Of a DNA stretch of 51,489 bases, positions 1 to 8,233 are shown piece after piece. Every line of letters starts with the position of its first letter. The first letter of the stretch is position 1. This DNA is from an uncultured Clostridia bacterium (GTDB lineage: Bacteria; Bacillota; Dehalobacteriia; UBA4068): the NCBI GenBank assembly GCA_944390435.1, contig CALXQC010000004.1, forward strand, positions 1 to 51,489, read 5' to 3'. Made by a program: the position numbers and the translations under genes. The notes below the pieces were generated by a model. That model saw only the letters and a list, made by a program, of their open reading frames with translations. It did no database searches and had not been told where the DNA came from.

Positions 1-2
1 GC

Positions 3-251
3 CGGCTAGTTGGCTCCAATATCCTCGATATTTTAGACGAGTCTGATTTCTACACTATTTCGGAAATCAAGCCGATGAAGGAATGGCTCAATAAAACTAT
101 CCGCCAAGCCGATATTCGCCGCAAGCATGACCTGATGGTGCTGGCAGTCAGACGCGGTGATAAACTCAGCATCCCGGTATCGCCGGATACTGTTATCAAT
201 GAAGACGATATCTTAATCACTCTCAGCGAGCATAAAAAACCCGCGTTATAA
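3..251 (+). CDS. K+ uptake regulatory subunit (KtrA/TrkA family), C-terminal fragment; 5' end lies outside the window
   Basis: Plus-strand frame 3 is open from the window edge to TAA at 249-251. The translation RLVGSNILDILDESDFYTISEIKPMKEWLNKTIRQADIRRKHDLMVLAVRRGDKLSIPVSPDTVINEDDILITLSEHKKPAL looks like a TrkA-C (RCK C-terminal) domain. It is absent from the ORF track because it is 5' partial. Confidence 0.7.
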   Translation, partial: RLVGSNILDILDESDFYTISEIKPMKEWLNKTIRQADIRRKHDLMVLAVRRGDKLSIPVSPDTVINEDDILITLSEHKKPAL

Positions 252-410
252 GGCTCATTGGCATCTACCGAGATAACTCGCTGCTGAATAAGCAGCATAG
301 TATGGGCAAAATACAATCCCCCTTGCGTTGTATAAAACAGCACAGGGGGATTCTTTATAGAGAGTGCTACTATCAAGGATTTTTCTTCAATCCTTATTCA
401 GTCTGAGCTA

Positions 411-444
411 AAAAAACGGCTGCTGTACAACGCAGCCGTTTTTA
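411..444. terminator. Bidirectional rho-independent terminator between the ktrA-like gene and argH
   Basis: AAAAAACGGCTGC-tgtacaac-GCAGCCGTTTTT: a GC-rich stem flanked by an A-run and a T-run, so it reads as a terminator on both strands. Confidence 0.7.
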
Positions 445-463
445 GCTAATGGTCGCTTATTAT

Positions 464-1843
464 TTATGCCCGAGCCGCCAACCAATCTTGAGCCGCCTTC
501 AATGCAGTTTCAACCGCCTCTGGAGCAGGTCCGCCGAAGGTTTTGCGCGCAGCCAGGCATTGCGCCGGAGCGATTACCTGGTAAATATCTTCCTCAAAAA
601 GCGGACTCTCGCGCCGCATCTCCTCCAGGGTCAGCTCAGTGAGCTTGCGGCCGCTTTGTTCTGCATACTGCACCAAACGTCCGGAAACTGCATGGGCGGA
701 ACGGAACGGCAATCCTTTAGCAGCAAGATAATCTGCCAAATCAGTAGCATTCAGATAACCGCCTTCCAAATCAGCCGCCATTTTATCGGCATTGACCCGC
801 ATCGTCTGCATCATCGGGATAAAGACGATAATGCAGCCCTTGAGAGTATCGACAGCATCAAATACAGACTCTTTGTCTTCCTGCATATCCTTATTATATG
901 CCAGCGGAAGGCTCTTCATCATCGTCAGCATCGCTACCAGATCGCCATAGACCCGGCCCGTTTTACCGCGGATCAGCTCGGCCATATCCGGATTTTTTTT
1001 CTGCGGCATAATCGAGCTGCCGGTGCTGTAAGCATCATCCATAGTGACAAAACCAAACTCGCCGCTGTTCCACAGGATAATTTCCTCACAGAAACGGGAT
1101 AAATGCATCATGCAAATAGAGGCATCCGCCAAAAACTCCAGAGCGAAATCGCGGTCGGAAACACCATCGAGACTGTTAGCCATTGGCGCGGTAAAACCAA
1201 GCTCTTGGGCTGTCTCATCACGATCGATAGCAAAGCCGGTACCCGCCAAAGCGCCGCTGCCCAAGGGACAATAATTCATCCTTACCAGGCAGTCCGCCAG
1301 GCGGTCATAATCGCGCTCAAACATCTGCACATAGGCCAAAAGATGATGGGCGAAGCTGATCGGCTGTGCTTTTTGCAGATGAGTAAAACCAGGCATCAAA
1401 GTATGAAGATGCTCCCCGGCTTTATGCACCAAGGCATCTACTAGTGAGCGGATCAATTCCTGGGTCTCTTTAATTTCCCGACGCAGCCACATCCGCAGAT
1501 CCAGCGCCACCTGATCGTTACGGCTTCTTGCTGTATGCAGCCGTTTGCCGACATCGCCAATTTTTTCAGTCAGCAGCATCTCGACATTCATATGAATATC
1601 TTCCGCCGATTCATCAAACTGCACCTCGCCGGCCTCAATAGCCGCACGAACCGCCCGCAATCCTTCGCGGATCTTCTCAGCGTCCTCCTGCGAGATGATA
1701 CCGCAATCGCCCAGCATTTTTGCATGAGCCAGAGAGCCTTCAATATCCTCGCGGTAAAGACGTTTATCGAAGCTGATCGAAGAATGAAAATGTTCCGCCA
1801 GCTTATCGGTATCCGCAGTAAAACGTCCGCCCCATAATTTCAT
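464..1843 (-). CDS. argH: Argininosuccinate lyase
   Basis: 459 aa. The N-terminus MKLWGGRFTADTDKLAEHFHSSISFDKRLY and the fumarate-lyase signature region GSSIMPQKKNPD are typical of ArgH. Confidence 0.97.
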   Translation of the reverse strand: MKLWGGRFTADTDKLAEHFHSSISFDKRLYREDIEGSLAHAKMLGDCGIISQEDAEKIREGLRAVRAAIEAGEVQFDESAEDIHMNVEMLLTEKIGDVGKRLHTARSRNDQVALDLRMWLRREIKETQELIRSLVDALVHKAGEHLHTLMPGFTHLQKAQPISFAHHLLAYVQMFERDYDRLADCLVRMNYCPLGSGALAGTGFAIDRDETAQELGFTAPMANSLDGVSDRDFALEFLADASICMMHLSRFCEEIILWNSGEFGFVTMDDAYSTGSSIMPQKKNPDMAELIRGKTGRVYGDLVAMLTMMKSLPLAYNKDMQEDKESVFDAVDTLKGCIIVFIPMMQTMRVNADKMAADLEGGYLNATDLADYLAAKGLPFRSAHAVSGRLVQYAEQSGRKLTELTLEEMRRESPLFEEDIYQVIAPAQCLAARKTFGGPAPEAVETALKAAQDWLAARA

Positions 1844-1864
1844 CGTTCAAGCCCCCTTATATCA

Positions 1865-1890
1865 GGAAAACCGCATAAATGCGGTTTTCC
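1865..1890 (-). terminator. Rho-independent terminator after the ispH-S1 gene
   Basis: GGAAAACCGCAT-aaa-TGCGGTTTTCC hairpin with a U-run contributed by the stem. It lies 27 nt downstream of the ispH-S1 stop and just upstream of the argH SD (AAGGGGG). Confidence 0.6.
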
Positions 1891-1916
1891 AATTAAAATC
1901 TGTTGATTTGCCATAA

Positions 1917-4070
1917 TTATTCTTCAGTGGTCTCCGCCTCGCCGGCAGCAGCCTCAGCGGCAGCATCAGTCTCCGCAGCCGCCTCAACCGGTGGCTCGGT
2001 AGGCGCATCTTCTGGCAACGCCGCCTTGATCGACAGGCTCATTCTCTTGGCCTCAGGATCAACGGAAAGGACCTTTACTTTCACGATATCGCCCGGTTTA
2101 ACGATGTCTTCTGCTTTACCGACGCGGTAATTGGCCATCTGAGAAATATGCACCAGACCTTCAACGCCCGGCTCTACTTCGAGGAAAGCGCCGAAATTGG
2201 TAGTCCGCATCACCTTAGCATCAATAATGCTATCCTCAGGATATTTCTCGGCAGCCAAAGACCAGGGGTTGGGGCACAGCTGCTTGAGACCCAAGGAGAT
2301 CTTTTCGTTTTCCGGATCAATGCTCAGGATATACACCTCGATCTCATCGCCCTCTTTGAGCAGATCAGAAGGATGATTGACTCTGTACCAAGCCATTTCG
2401 GAAACATGCAGCAAGCCGTCCACGCCGCCGATATCTACGAAAGCGCCGAAATTGGTCAAGCGGCGAACAATACCTTTTCTAGTCTGGCCTTCGGCAATTT
2501 CCGCCCAGGTTTTCTCCTTCTGAGCGGCTGCAGCTTTACGCAGAACAGCCTTAGCAGACAGCACCAGCTTATTGCTATGTTTATCGCATTCGATGATTTT
2601 CATCTCCAGCTGGCGGCCGACATAAGTGGATAGATCTTCCACATAGCCCAAAGACAGCAGCGAAGCCGGGACAAAACCGCGCAGGCCAACGTCAACCAGG
2701 ACGCCGCCTTTCACGACATCGGTAACAGTACCGGTGACCACGGCTTTCTCTTCTTTCAGCTGAGCTAAGCGATCCCAGGCAATATCCTGATCTACTCTCC
2801 GCTTAGAGAGCACCGGATAACCTTCCTGATTTTCTTTACGCAGCACCAAAACATCGATTTCATCGCCGACATGGAAGCGATCATGAATATTTTTCGCATC
2901 ATCGGCGCTCAACTCGCTGGCGCTCAAAACGCCCTCGCTCTTGCCGCCAATATCTACCAGCAGCTCATCATCCTTTACCTGGACAACCACGCCTTTGAGG
3001 CGCGCGCCGCGGCGGATCTCTTTCATATCGCCATATTCTTTAGTAAAATCGTCCATCGCCGCCTGATCTTCTTCCGCGGCATTCTCTGCATTAGCAGCAT
3101 CTTCCGGAGCAGTATATTCAGCTGCCTGAGTTTCAGCAGCTTGGTCAAGAGCTTCAGGCTCACAATTTTCTTGTTTTTCCTCGCAGCCGCAGCCGCAAGT
3201 GCATTCATTACCCTTGTCCACCACGTTCTCCATCTTTTCCAGTTCAGTCATCCTTTTTACTACCTCCTCAATAATATGTTCCGGGGTCGAGGCACCGGCG
3301 GTAATCCCTACCTTGCCGTATGCCCGCACAATATCCAAATCCAAATCGGCAACAGATTCTACATGATATACATCAATATTCGCCTCTTTAGATATTTGTG
3401 CCAATTTTTTAGTATTGGCGCTATTATAACCGCCAATCACAATCATCGCATCAACGCAATGCGCTAACTGCGCGGTCGTTTCTTGGTTGAAGCGAGTATG
3501 GTTGCAAATAGTATTACAGGAAATGAAATCCTCCGCCTTATGGCGTAAAATTTCCGCTATCTGGGAAAAAGTTTCCACCTTCTGCGTCGTCTGAGCGATC
3601 AAGGCGATTTTCTCTTCCTGGGGGGCTGCGGCAGCCTCCTTGGGCGAAGTAATAATAATCGCCTTTCCGCCGGCATAGCCCTGCAGGCCGATCACTTCCG
3701 GATGCGAAGCATCTCCCAAAATATATAGACGATAGCCTGCCGCGACCAGCTCTGCAGCTTTCTCCTGCGCCTTTTTCACAAAAGGACAAGTGCCGTCGAT
3801 AACTGTCAGCCCGCGCTGCCGGGCATCCTCGCTAAACTGCGGCGGAACTCCGTGGGAACGAATAATGACTACGGCCGGACGCTCGCTGATCTGATCCAAG
3901 TCGGCCACCGGAACTATCTTATCCGCTAAGCGGCTAATCTCTTGGGGGTTATGAATCAAAGGACCAAAGGAGTAAATATGACCCCGTTCTTGCGCTGCCG
4001 CCAGGGCCAAATCCATCGCTCTTCGTACGCCCATACAGAAGCCAGAGCCCCCGGCGGTCTTGATAATCAT
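1917..4070 (-). CDS. ispH: Bifunctional 4-hydroxy-3-methylbut-2-enyl diphosphate reductase (IspH/LytB) fused to ribosomal protein S1-like repeats
   Basis: 717 aa. The N-terminal ~280 aa are IspH-like, with three candidate cluster cysteines (FCMGV, GTCPFV, SCNTICN). A Cys-rich/acidic linker follows, then four S1 (OB-fold) repeats and an acidic Ala/Glu tail. Confidence 0.93.
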   Translation of the reverse strand: MIIKTAGGSGFCMGVRRAMDLALAAAQERGHIYSFGPLIHNPQEISRLADKIVPVADLDQISERPAVVIIRSHGVPPQFSEDARQRGLTVIDGTCPFVKKAQEKAAELVAAGYRLYILGDASHPEVIGLQGYAGGKAIIITSPKEAAAAPQEEKIALIAQTTQKVETFSQIAEILRHKAEDFISCNTICNHTRFNQETTAQLAHCVDAMIVIGGYNSANTKKLAQISKEANIDVYHVESVADLDLDIVRAYGKVGITAGASTPEHIIEEVVKRMTELEKMENVVDKGNECTCGCGCEEKQENCEPEALDQAAETQAAEYTAPEDAANAENAAEEDQAAMDDFTKEYGDMKEIRRGARLKGVVVQVKDDELLVDIGGKSEGVLSASELSADDAKNIHDRFHVGDEIDVLVLRKENQEGYPVLSKRRVDQDIAWDRLAQLKEEKAVVTGTVTDVVKGGVLVDVGLRGFVPASLLSLGYVEDLSTYVGRQLEMKIIECDKHSNKLVLSAKAVLRKAAAAQKEKTWAEIAEGQTRKGIVRRLTNFGAFVDIGGVDGLLHVSEMAWYRVNHPSDLLKEGDEIEVYILSIDPENEKISLGLKQLCPNPWSLAAEKYPEDSIIDAKVMRTTNFGAFLEVEPGVEGLVHISQMANYRVGKAEDIVKPGDIVKVKVLSVDPEAKRMSLSIKAALPEDAPTEPPVEAAAETDAAAEAAAGEAETTEE

Positions 4071-4167
4071 ATCCTTAATACCCCTGCAAAAATATAAATC
4101 ACCGTAATTTTTAGTTTTTCGCCGCAGAACAAATAAATCCTGCTTGCAGGAGTATTTTTATCCGGCA

Positions 4168-4815
4168 TTAACGATATTTTTTCGGCACGCGGCGCATCTT
4201 TTTGCCTTCTTTAGCGATGATCGCCGCATTCTCAGCAAAAAGATCCCTCACCTTTTGTTCGAATAATTCATTATACCGATCCAAATACGCTTGATCGAAT
4301 TTAGTTTCTTTGTCCAATACTATCGGCTGACCGACGTTGATGATGATATTGCGCCGCCAAATACGCCAATAATCCCCGGCATTAATAACCGCGAGCGGCA
4401 GCACCTTCACCCCCGCCCGATATGCAATATATGCAGCGCCGGGCTTAAATTCCGTCATCTGCTGGTCGAAATTACGTTTCCCCTCGGGGAAAATGCAGAC
4501 TGTTTTCTCCTCTTTTAGCGCTTTGATCGCCGTCCGCATAGCGGTTAGATCCGAATCTTTAGCTTTCAAAAAGATCACTCCGCCGGCGCTGAACAACACC
4601 TTGGTAAAAAAGTTTTTGGCAAAATCTTCTTTGGCAATATAAGTGATCGGCCGGTCAAAAGCATACGAGACCGCAGGGGGATCGCCGAAACTACTGTGAT
4701 TGGCGATCACCACCAAAGATTTATCCTCCGGGATATTTTCTCTGCCGATCACCCGCGCTCCGCCGATCTTCAGGACCAAACCGGTCAAAAATTTAGCCAA
4801 CATATAGAAGGACAT
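4168..4815 (-). CDS. plsC: 1-acyl-sn-glycerol-3-phosphate acyltransferase
   Basis: Carries the NHSSFGD (HX4D) and FPEGKR acyltransferase motifs. I prefer the ATG at 4815 (MSFYMLAKF...) because it forms a TAATG overlap with the cmk stop. The ORF track extends to 4836. Confidence 0.85.
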   Translation of the reverse strand: MSFYMLAKFLTGLVLKIGGARVIGRENIPEDKSLVVIANHSSFGDPPAVSYAFDRPITYIAKEDFAKNFFTKVLFSAGGVIFLKAKDSDLTAMRTAIKALKEEKTVCIFPEGKRNFDQQMTEFKPGAAYIAYRAGVKVLPLAVINAGDYWRIWRRNIIINVGQPIVLDKETKFDQAYLDRYNELFEQKVRDLFAENAAIIAKEGKKMRRVPKKYR

Positions 4816-5483
4816 TATTGCTCCGCCTCCGCCCACTGCATAATAGTCGCTACCACCTGGTCGATATCCATCGCGCTGCTGTCCAGCAAATGCGCATCCT
4901 CCGCCTGGCGCAGCGGCGAGTGGGCGCGGTTGCTGTCGCGGTGGTCGCGCTCGATAATATCTGCCTCGATCTCGTCAATATCAGCAGCCAAACCGCGCTG
5001 GCTCAGCTCGAGAGCCCGGCGTTCCGCTCTGATCCGCGGCTTAGCGGTCAAAAATACCTTGCACTGAGCCTGAGGCAGCACTACGGTACCAATATCGCGG
5101 CCATCCATAACTACCGGACGGGAGGAGGCCATCTGGCGCTGCTTATCGACTAAAATCTGCCGCACGCCCTCGATAGCTGAAATCGGCGAGGCGGCATTGC
5201 CCACTTCCGGACGTCTAATCTGTTCGCTGACATCTTCCCCATTTACAAAAACTTTATATGTATCGCCAGCGCTCTCCAAGCGAATATCGGTACGCCGCGC
5301 CAAATCAGTCAGGGAATCCGCATCGTCAAAGGCAATCCCCGCACGCAGCGCTGCTAAGGCTATCGCACGGTACATTGCCCCAGTGTCTATATATAAATAC
5401 CCCAATGCTTTTGCCACCAATTTAGCGGAAGTGCTTTTGCCGGCTGCAGCCGGTCCGTCTATCGCAATTTGTTGAGCGGTCAT
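4815..5483 (-). CDS. cmk: Cytidylate kinase
   Basis: 222 aa. IAIDGPAAAGKSTSAKLVAKALGYLYIDTGAMYRA is the classic Cmk P-loop region. Confidence 0.96.
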   Translation of the reverse strand: MTAQQIAIDGPAAAGKSTSAKLVAKALGYLYIDTGAMYRAIALAALRAGIAFDDADSLTDLARRTDIRLESAGDTYKVFVNGEDVSEQIRRPEVGNAASPISAIEGVRQILVDKQRQMASSRPVVMDGRDIGTVVLPQAQCKVFLTAKPRIRAERRALELSQRGLAADIDEIEADIIERDHRDSNRAHSPLRQAEDAHLLDSSAMDIDQVVATIMQWAEAEQ

Positions 5484-5932
5484 TACTTCATCTCCTCCAC
5501 TGCCCGATGAGCCACCGCAATGGCCACATCATCTAAATGAATCATTCCAATGGCAAAAAAGGCCGCTACGCAAAGGTGGCCGCCCATTCGTGCTACGCCG
5601 ATCTTCCCGCCGAAATTAAGGCCGATAGAACGCGAAAGCACTTGAGAGATTACCTCATGAGCGGCTCCAGCTACCGCCCCCTCTTCAGCATGATTATCAA
5701 GAATCACACCCTCGCGCTTGCTGCCAACCACAGCGCGTTCAATGATCTTGGAAATCGAAGTCAACGCCTCGCCGCCAAAATCCATAGCCGCAACACGCAT
5801 TCCCGCGGCGTTTTCTCTGCTCTGCAGCCGATGCTCTTCTTCGCGGTTTTCGCTAATTGCCATCAAAATAGCTGCTTTCGCTACCTTTTTGCTGGTAGCG
5901 TCATCAGAAAGCCGTCTAGTTCCTTCCATCAT
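5483..5932 (-). CDS. HutP-family protein (putative RNA-binding regulator)
   Basis: 149 aa. The size and pattern (VAKAAILMAISENREEE ... GMRVAAMDFGG ... IIERAVVGSKREGVI ... HAEEGAVAGAAHEV ... GLNFGGKIGVARMGG) align by eye with B. subtilis HutP as I remember it. Its stop overlaps the cmk start (TAATG). Confidence 0.5.
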   Translation of the reverse strand: MMEGTRRLSDDATSKKVAKAAILMAISENREEEHRLQSRENAAGMRVAAMDFGGEALTSISKIIERAVVGSKREGVILDNHAEEGAVAGAAHEVISQVLSRSIGLNFGGKIGVARMGGHLCVAAFFAIGMIHLDDVAIAVAHRAVEEMK

Positions 5933-5988
5933 ACCATCCCACCTCGCTATTTAAATATCTCTGGCGGCAATAATCAAACTTACCTGTT

Positions 5989-6017
5989 ATTATACTACAA
6001 GAAAGCAGCTATAACAA
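5989..6017 (-). promoter_or_regulatory. Sigma-A-type promoter for the hutP-like/cmk/plsC operon
   Basis: Minus strand reads TTGTTA-17 nt-TATAAT, directly after the stop of the upstream gene and ~55 nt before the hutP-like ATG. Confidence 0.5.
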
Positions 6018-6470
6018 CTATTTAAATACGATTATTCCCACATCAGCGATATCGCCGTTGGTAACGGGATTAGTCGTCACATAATCCTTGCTAATATTAG
6101 CTGACAGAGAAGTAATATGGAAAGTCAGCTCACGTTGATAAGCGCGCCCGTCGATGCTTACGGCATCCCCCGGATACACGCGCAGCAGCACTTCGCCCTC
6201 GGCAAAGTCGCCCATTGCCAATCCATTAACCAGCACCTTGGCATAAGCTAGGCTAAAGCCGCCATCAGCGGTAATTTTGATATTGCCAAAGAGCCCTCCC
6301 GCGTCATCACGTGTCTCTACCGCCGGCTGGAGTAAGCTGACATCGGAGTCCTCTTGCTGGGGAAGGAAAACAACCGCCGCCACTACGATAGCAACTATTG
6401 ATAGCGACAAAGCAATAATTCTTTGCACCGCAAAAAAGCGTCTCCACTCATGATCGTCAGGCTGCAGCAT
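6018..6470 (-). CDS. Hypothetical membrane-anchored protein
   Basis: Has one N-terminal TM helix (IIALSLSIVAIVVAAVVFL) followed by a beta-rich soluble part. The ATG at 6470 is preceded by AGGGGG at 7-nt spacing; the track ORF starts at 6488. I recognise no family. Confidence 0.55.
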   Translation of the reverse strand: MLQPDDHEWRRFFAVQRIIALSLSIVAIVVAAVVFLPQQEDSDVSLLQPAVETRDDAGGLFGNIKITADGGFSLAYAKVLVNGLAMGDFAEGEVLLRVYPGDAVSIDGRAYQRELTFHITSLSANISKDYVTTNPVTNGDIADVGIIVFK

Positions 6471-6583
6471 GTATATTCCCCCTATCACATGGACAATACA
6501 AAGCGTATTTTTGTATATATTGCCCTAAATGTCCAGCTTTTATGCGCCGGGAAAATATTTGCAGATATTTTTGCAAAAAATCC

Positions 6584-6612
6584 TTGACAGCGCAAAAACC
6601 TTAGGCTATAAT
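6584..6612 (+). promoter_or_regulatory. Consensus sigma-A promoter of the tRNA operon
   Basis: TTGACA (6584-6589), exactly 17 nt, then TATAAT (6607-6612), about 55 nt upstream of tRNA-Val. Confidence 0.8.
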
Positions 6613-6668
6613 AAACAAGCTGCCGCGGTTAAGAGTTAAACGGGCATGATAAAAGTTCCTTGCATCGC

Positions 6669-6744
<76 letters not shown>

Positions 6745-6749
6745 TGTAT

Positions 6750-6826
6750 GGCGCAGTAGCTCAGTTGGTTAGAGTGCCAGCCTGTCACGCTGGATGTCGA
6801 GGGTTCGAGCCCCTTCTGCGTCGCCA
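6750..6826 (+). tRNA. tRNA-Asp (anticodon GTC)
   Basis: 77-nt cloverleaf. Acceptor is GGCGCAG/CTGCGTC, anticodon loop CTGTCAC, T-loop TTCGAGC, and CCA is encoded. Confidence 0.93.
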
Positions 6827-6829
6827 TTA

Positions 6830-6905
6830 GCCTCGGTAGCTCAGTTGGTAGAGCAGGGGACTGAAAATCCCCGTGTCGGTGGTCCGATTCCGCCCCGGGG
6901 CACCA
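6830..6905 (+). tRNA. tRNA-Phe (anticodon GAA), with an unusual T-loop
   Basis: 76-nt cloverleaf. Acceptor is GCCTCGG/CCGGGGC, anticodon loop CTGAAAA, and CCA is encoded. The T-loop reads TCCGATT, which puts C at position 55 (nt 6884). Confidence 0.88.
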
Positions 6906-6910
6906 GTTCT

Positions 6911-6985
6911 GCGGGTATAACTCAGTGGTAGAGTGTCACCTTGCCAAGGTGAAAGTCGAGGGTTCGAATCCCTTTGCCCGCTCCA
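6911..6985 (+). tRNA. tRNA-Gly (anticodon GCC)
   Basis: 75-nt cloverleaf. Acceptor is GCGGGTA/TGCCCGC, anticodon loop TTGCCAA, T-loop TTCGAAT, and CCA is encoded. Confidence 0.93.
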
Positions 6986-6987
6986 CC

Positions 6988-7019
6988 AAAAAGCTGTTCG
7001 CATTGCGAACAGCTTTTTT
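6988..7019 (+). terminator. Rho-independent terminator of the tRNA operon
   Basis: AGCTGTTCGC-att-GCGAACAGCT followed by TTTTT. Confidence 0.85.
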
Positions 7020-7179
7020 CTTATGCTGCCGGCTTAAATAAATTTTGTTATTGCACAATTAGCAAAATTTATCCAATATTGGAACTTGCCCCTCCCCTTC
7101 CGCTCTAATTCATGTTACAATAACAATGTCATCATAATTATATGCTGATACTTATATCCCTCAGTAAAGGAGCGATTTT

Positions 7180-7824
7180 ATGAAAAAAACCTTTTGGAGC
7201 GCATTAACCATTCTCATCATGACAGCGCTGCTGCTGTCCGGCTGCGGCGGCAATTATGATAGCGGCAAGGATTTCTCCCGCGGCAATGCTAGTGATAATA
7301 CTTATACCAGCGCCTATTCGGGATTAACCTTCACCCTTCCCGGTGAAGACTGGCAATTCGCCAGCGAGGAAGAAATGGCGGCGATGATGGGCGTCAGCGT
7401 CGACCTGCTCAATAATGTCGGTATCGAGACCAGCGAGGAAGAAGTATCCGCAGTAACGATATATGATATGGTCGCCCGCGACCCATACTCCGGCACCAAT
7501 GTCATCATACTTTATGAAAATCTGGCGCTCACCCAAGGCGGATTAGCCTATGATGCCAAGCACTACATCGAGGCCTCCAACGAGGTGCTGCAGCAAACCG
7601 GTATGTATGATACTTTTAGCGAAATCGGCGAAACTTCCATTAACGGAGAAGTTTATATTACGCAAAACATCAAGGGGAATATCAGCGGATTGGCTAGCGA
7701 TCAATACTATTTTGTCAGACGTATCGACGACTACATGCTGACCGTTATCATTTCCTTGTTCGGTGATCAATATGATATTGATTCCATTATGGGCAATTTT
7801 ACCAATGCGAATTCCCAAGCATAG
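7180..7824 (+). CDS. Hypothetical lipoprotein
   Basis: Signal peptide with a lipobox (MKKTFWSALTILIMTALLLSGC). The SD AAAGGAG lies 8 nt upstream. I recognise no domain. Confidence 0.8.
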   Translation: MKKTFWSALTILIMTALLLSGCGGNYDSGKDFSRGNASDNTYTSAYSGLTFTLPGEDWQFASEEEMAAMMGVSVDLLNNVGIETSEEEVSAVTIYDMVARDPYSGTNVIILYENLALTQGGLAYDAKHYIEASNEVLQQTGMYDTFSEIGETSINGEVYITQNIKGNISGLASDQYYFVRRIDDYMLTVIISLFGDQYDIDSIMGNFTNANSQA

Positions 7825-7850
7825 CCCCACCGCAATAACAAATAAGTAAT

Positions 7851-7889
7851 AAAAAATATCCTGGCCTTGCTCCGGCCAGGATATTTTTT
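7851..7889 (+). terminator. Rho-independent terminator after the lipoprotein gene
   Basis: AAAAAATATCCTGGCC-ttgctcc-GGCCAGGATATTTTTT. Confidence 0.8.
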
Positions 7890-7937
7890 ATTACAGCGGA
7901 GAAAATAAGCGGTAAAACAGCAGGAGGTTTAATCGTT

Positions 7938-8168
7938 ATGAACAGCAAACACCGCTCCCCTGCTCCGCCACTTGATAGCTGCGATTCTTTTTTTGCCAAA
8001 GAGCAGCAGGTAGCATCTATGACCGAATGCACCGGCCTAGTGCAGGTGCCGCCTGATGATGCGGAGGAAGCAGACTCGCTCAGCGAAATTTATGATATTC
8101 CCTTAGCCGGCGGCCAACAGGAGCAGCCGCCGCATCCGCCTCAATCCAAGCATAACCAAGGCGCTTAG
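7938..8168 (+). CDS. Small hypothetical protein (76 aa, acidic and Pro/Gln-rich)
   Basis: A strong SD (GCAGGAGG) lies 7 nt before the ATG. The core MTECTGLVQVPPDDAEEADSLSEIYDIP matches no family I can name. The stop codon sits inside a 16-bp hairpin. Confidence 0.5.
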   Translation: MNSKHRSPAPPLDSCDSFFAKEQQVASMTECTGLVQVPPDDAEEADSLSEIYDIPLAGGQQEQPPHPPQSKHNQGA

Positions 8169-8188
8169 CAAAGCTAAGCGCCTTGGTT
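8154..8188. terminator. Strong hairpin (terminator-like) between the small ORF and the convergent EamA gene
   Basis: AACCAAGGCGCTTAGC-aaa-GCTAAGCGCCTTGGTT, a 16-bp perfect stem. U-tracts are weak on both strands. Confidence 0.6.
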
Positions 8189-8233
8189 TATCTCATATAT
8201 AAAAGCTGATCTATAAAGGCTGATCTTAGCCCA

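Noticed and set aside
449-1102. 217-aa plus-strand ORF overlapping argH.
   Set aside because: It is antisense to an unambiguous argH, has no SD and matches no motif. It is a shadow ORF.
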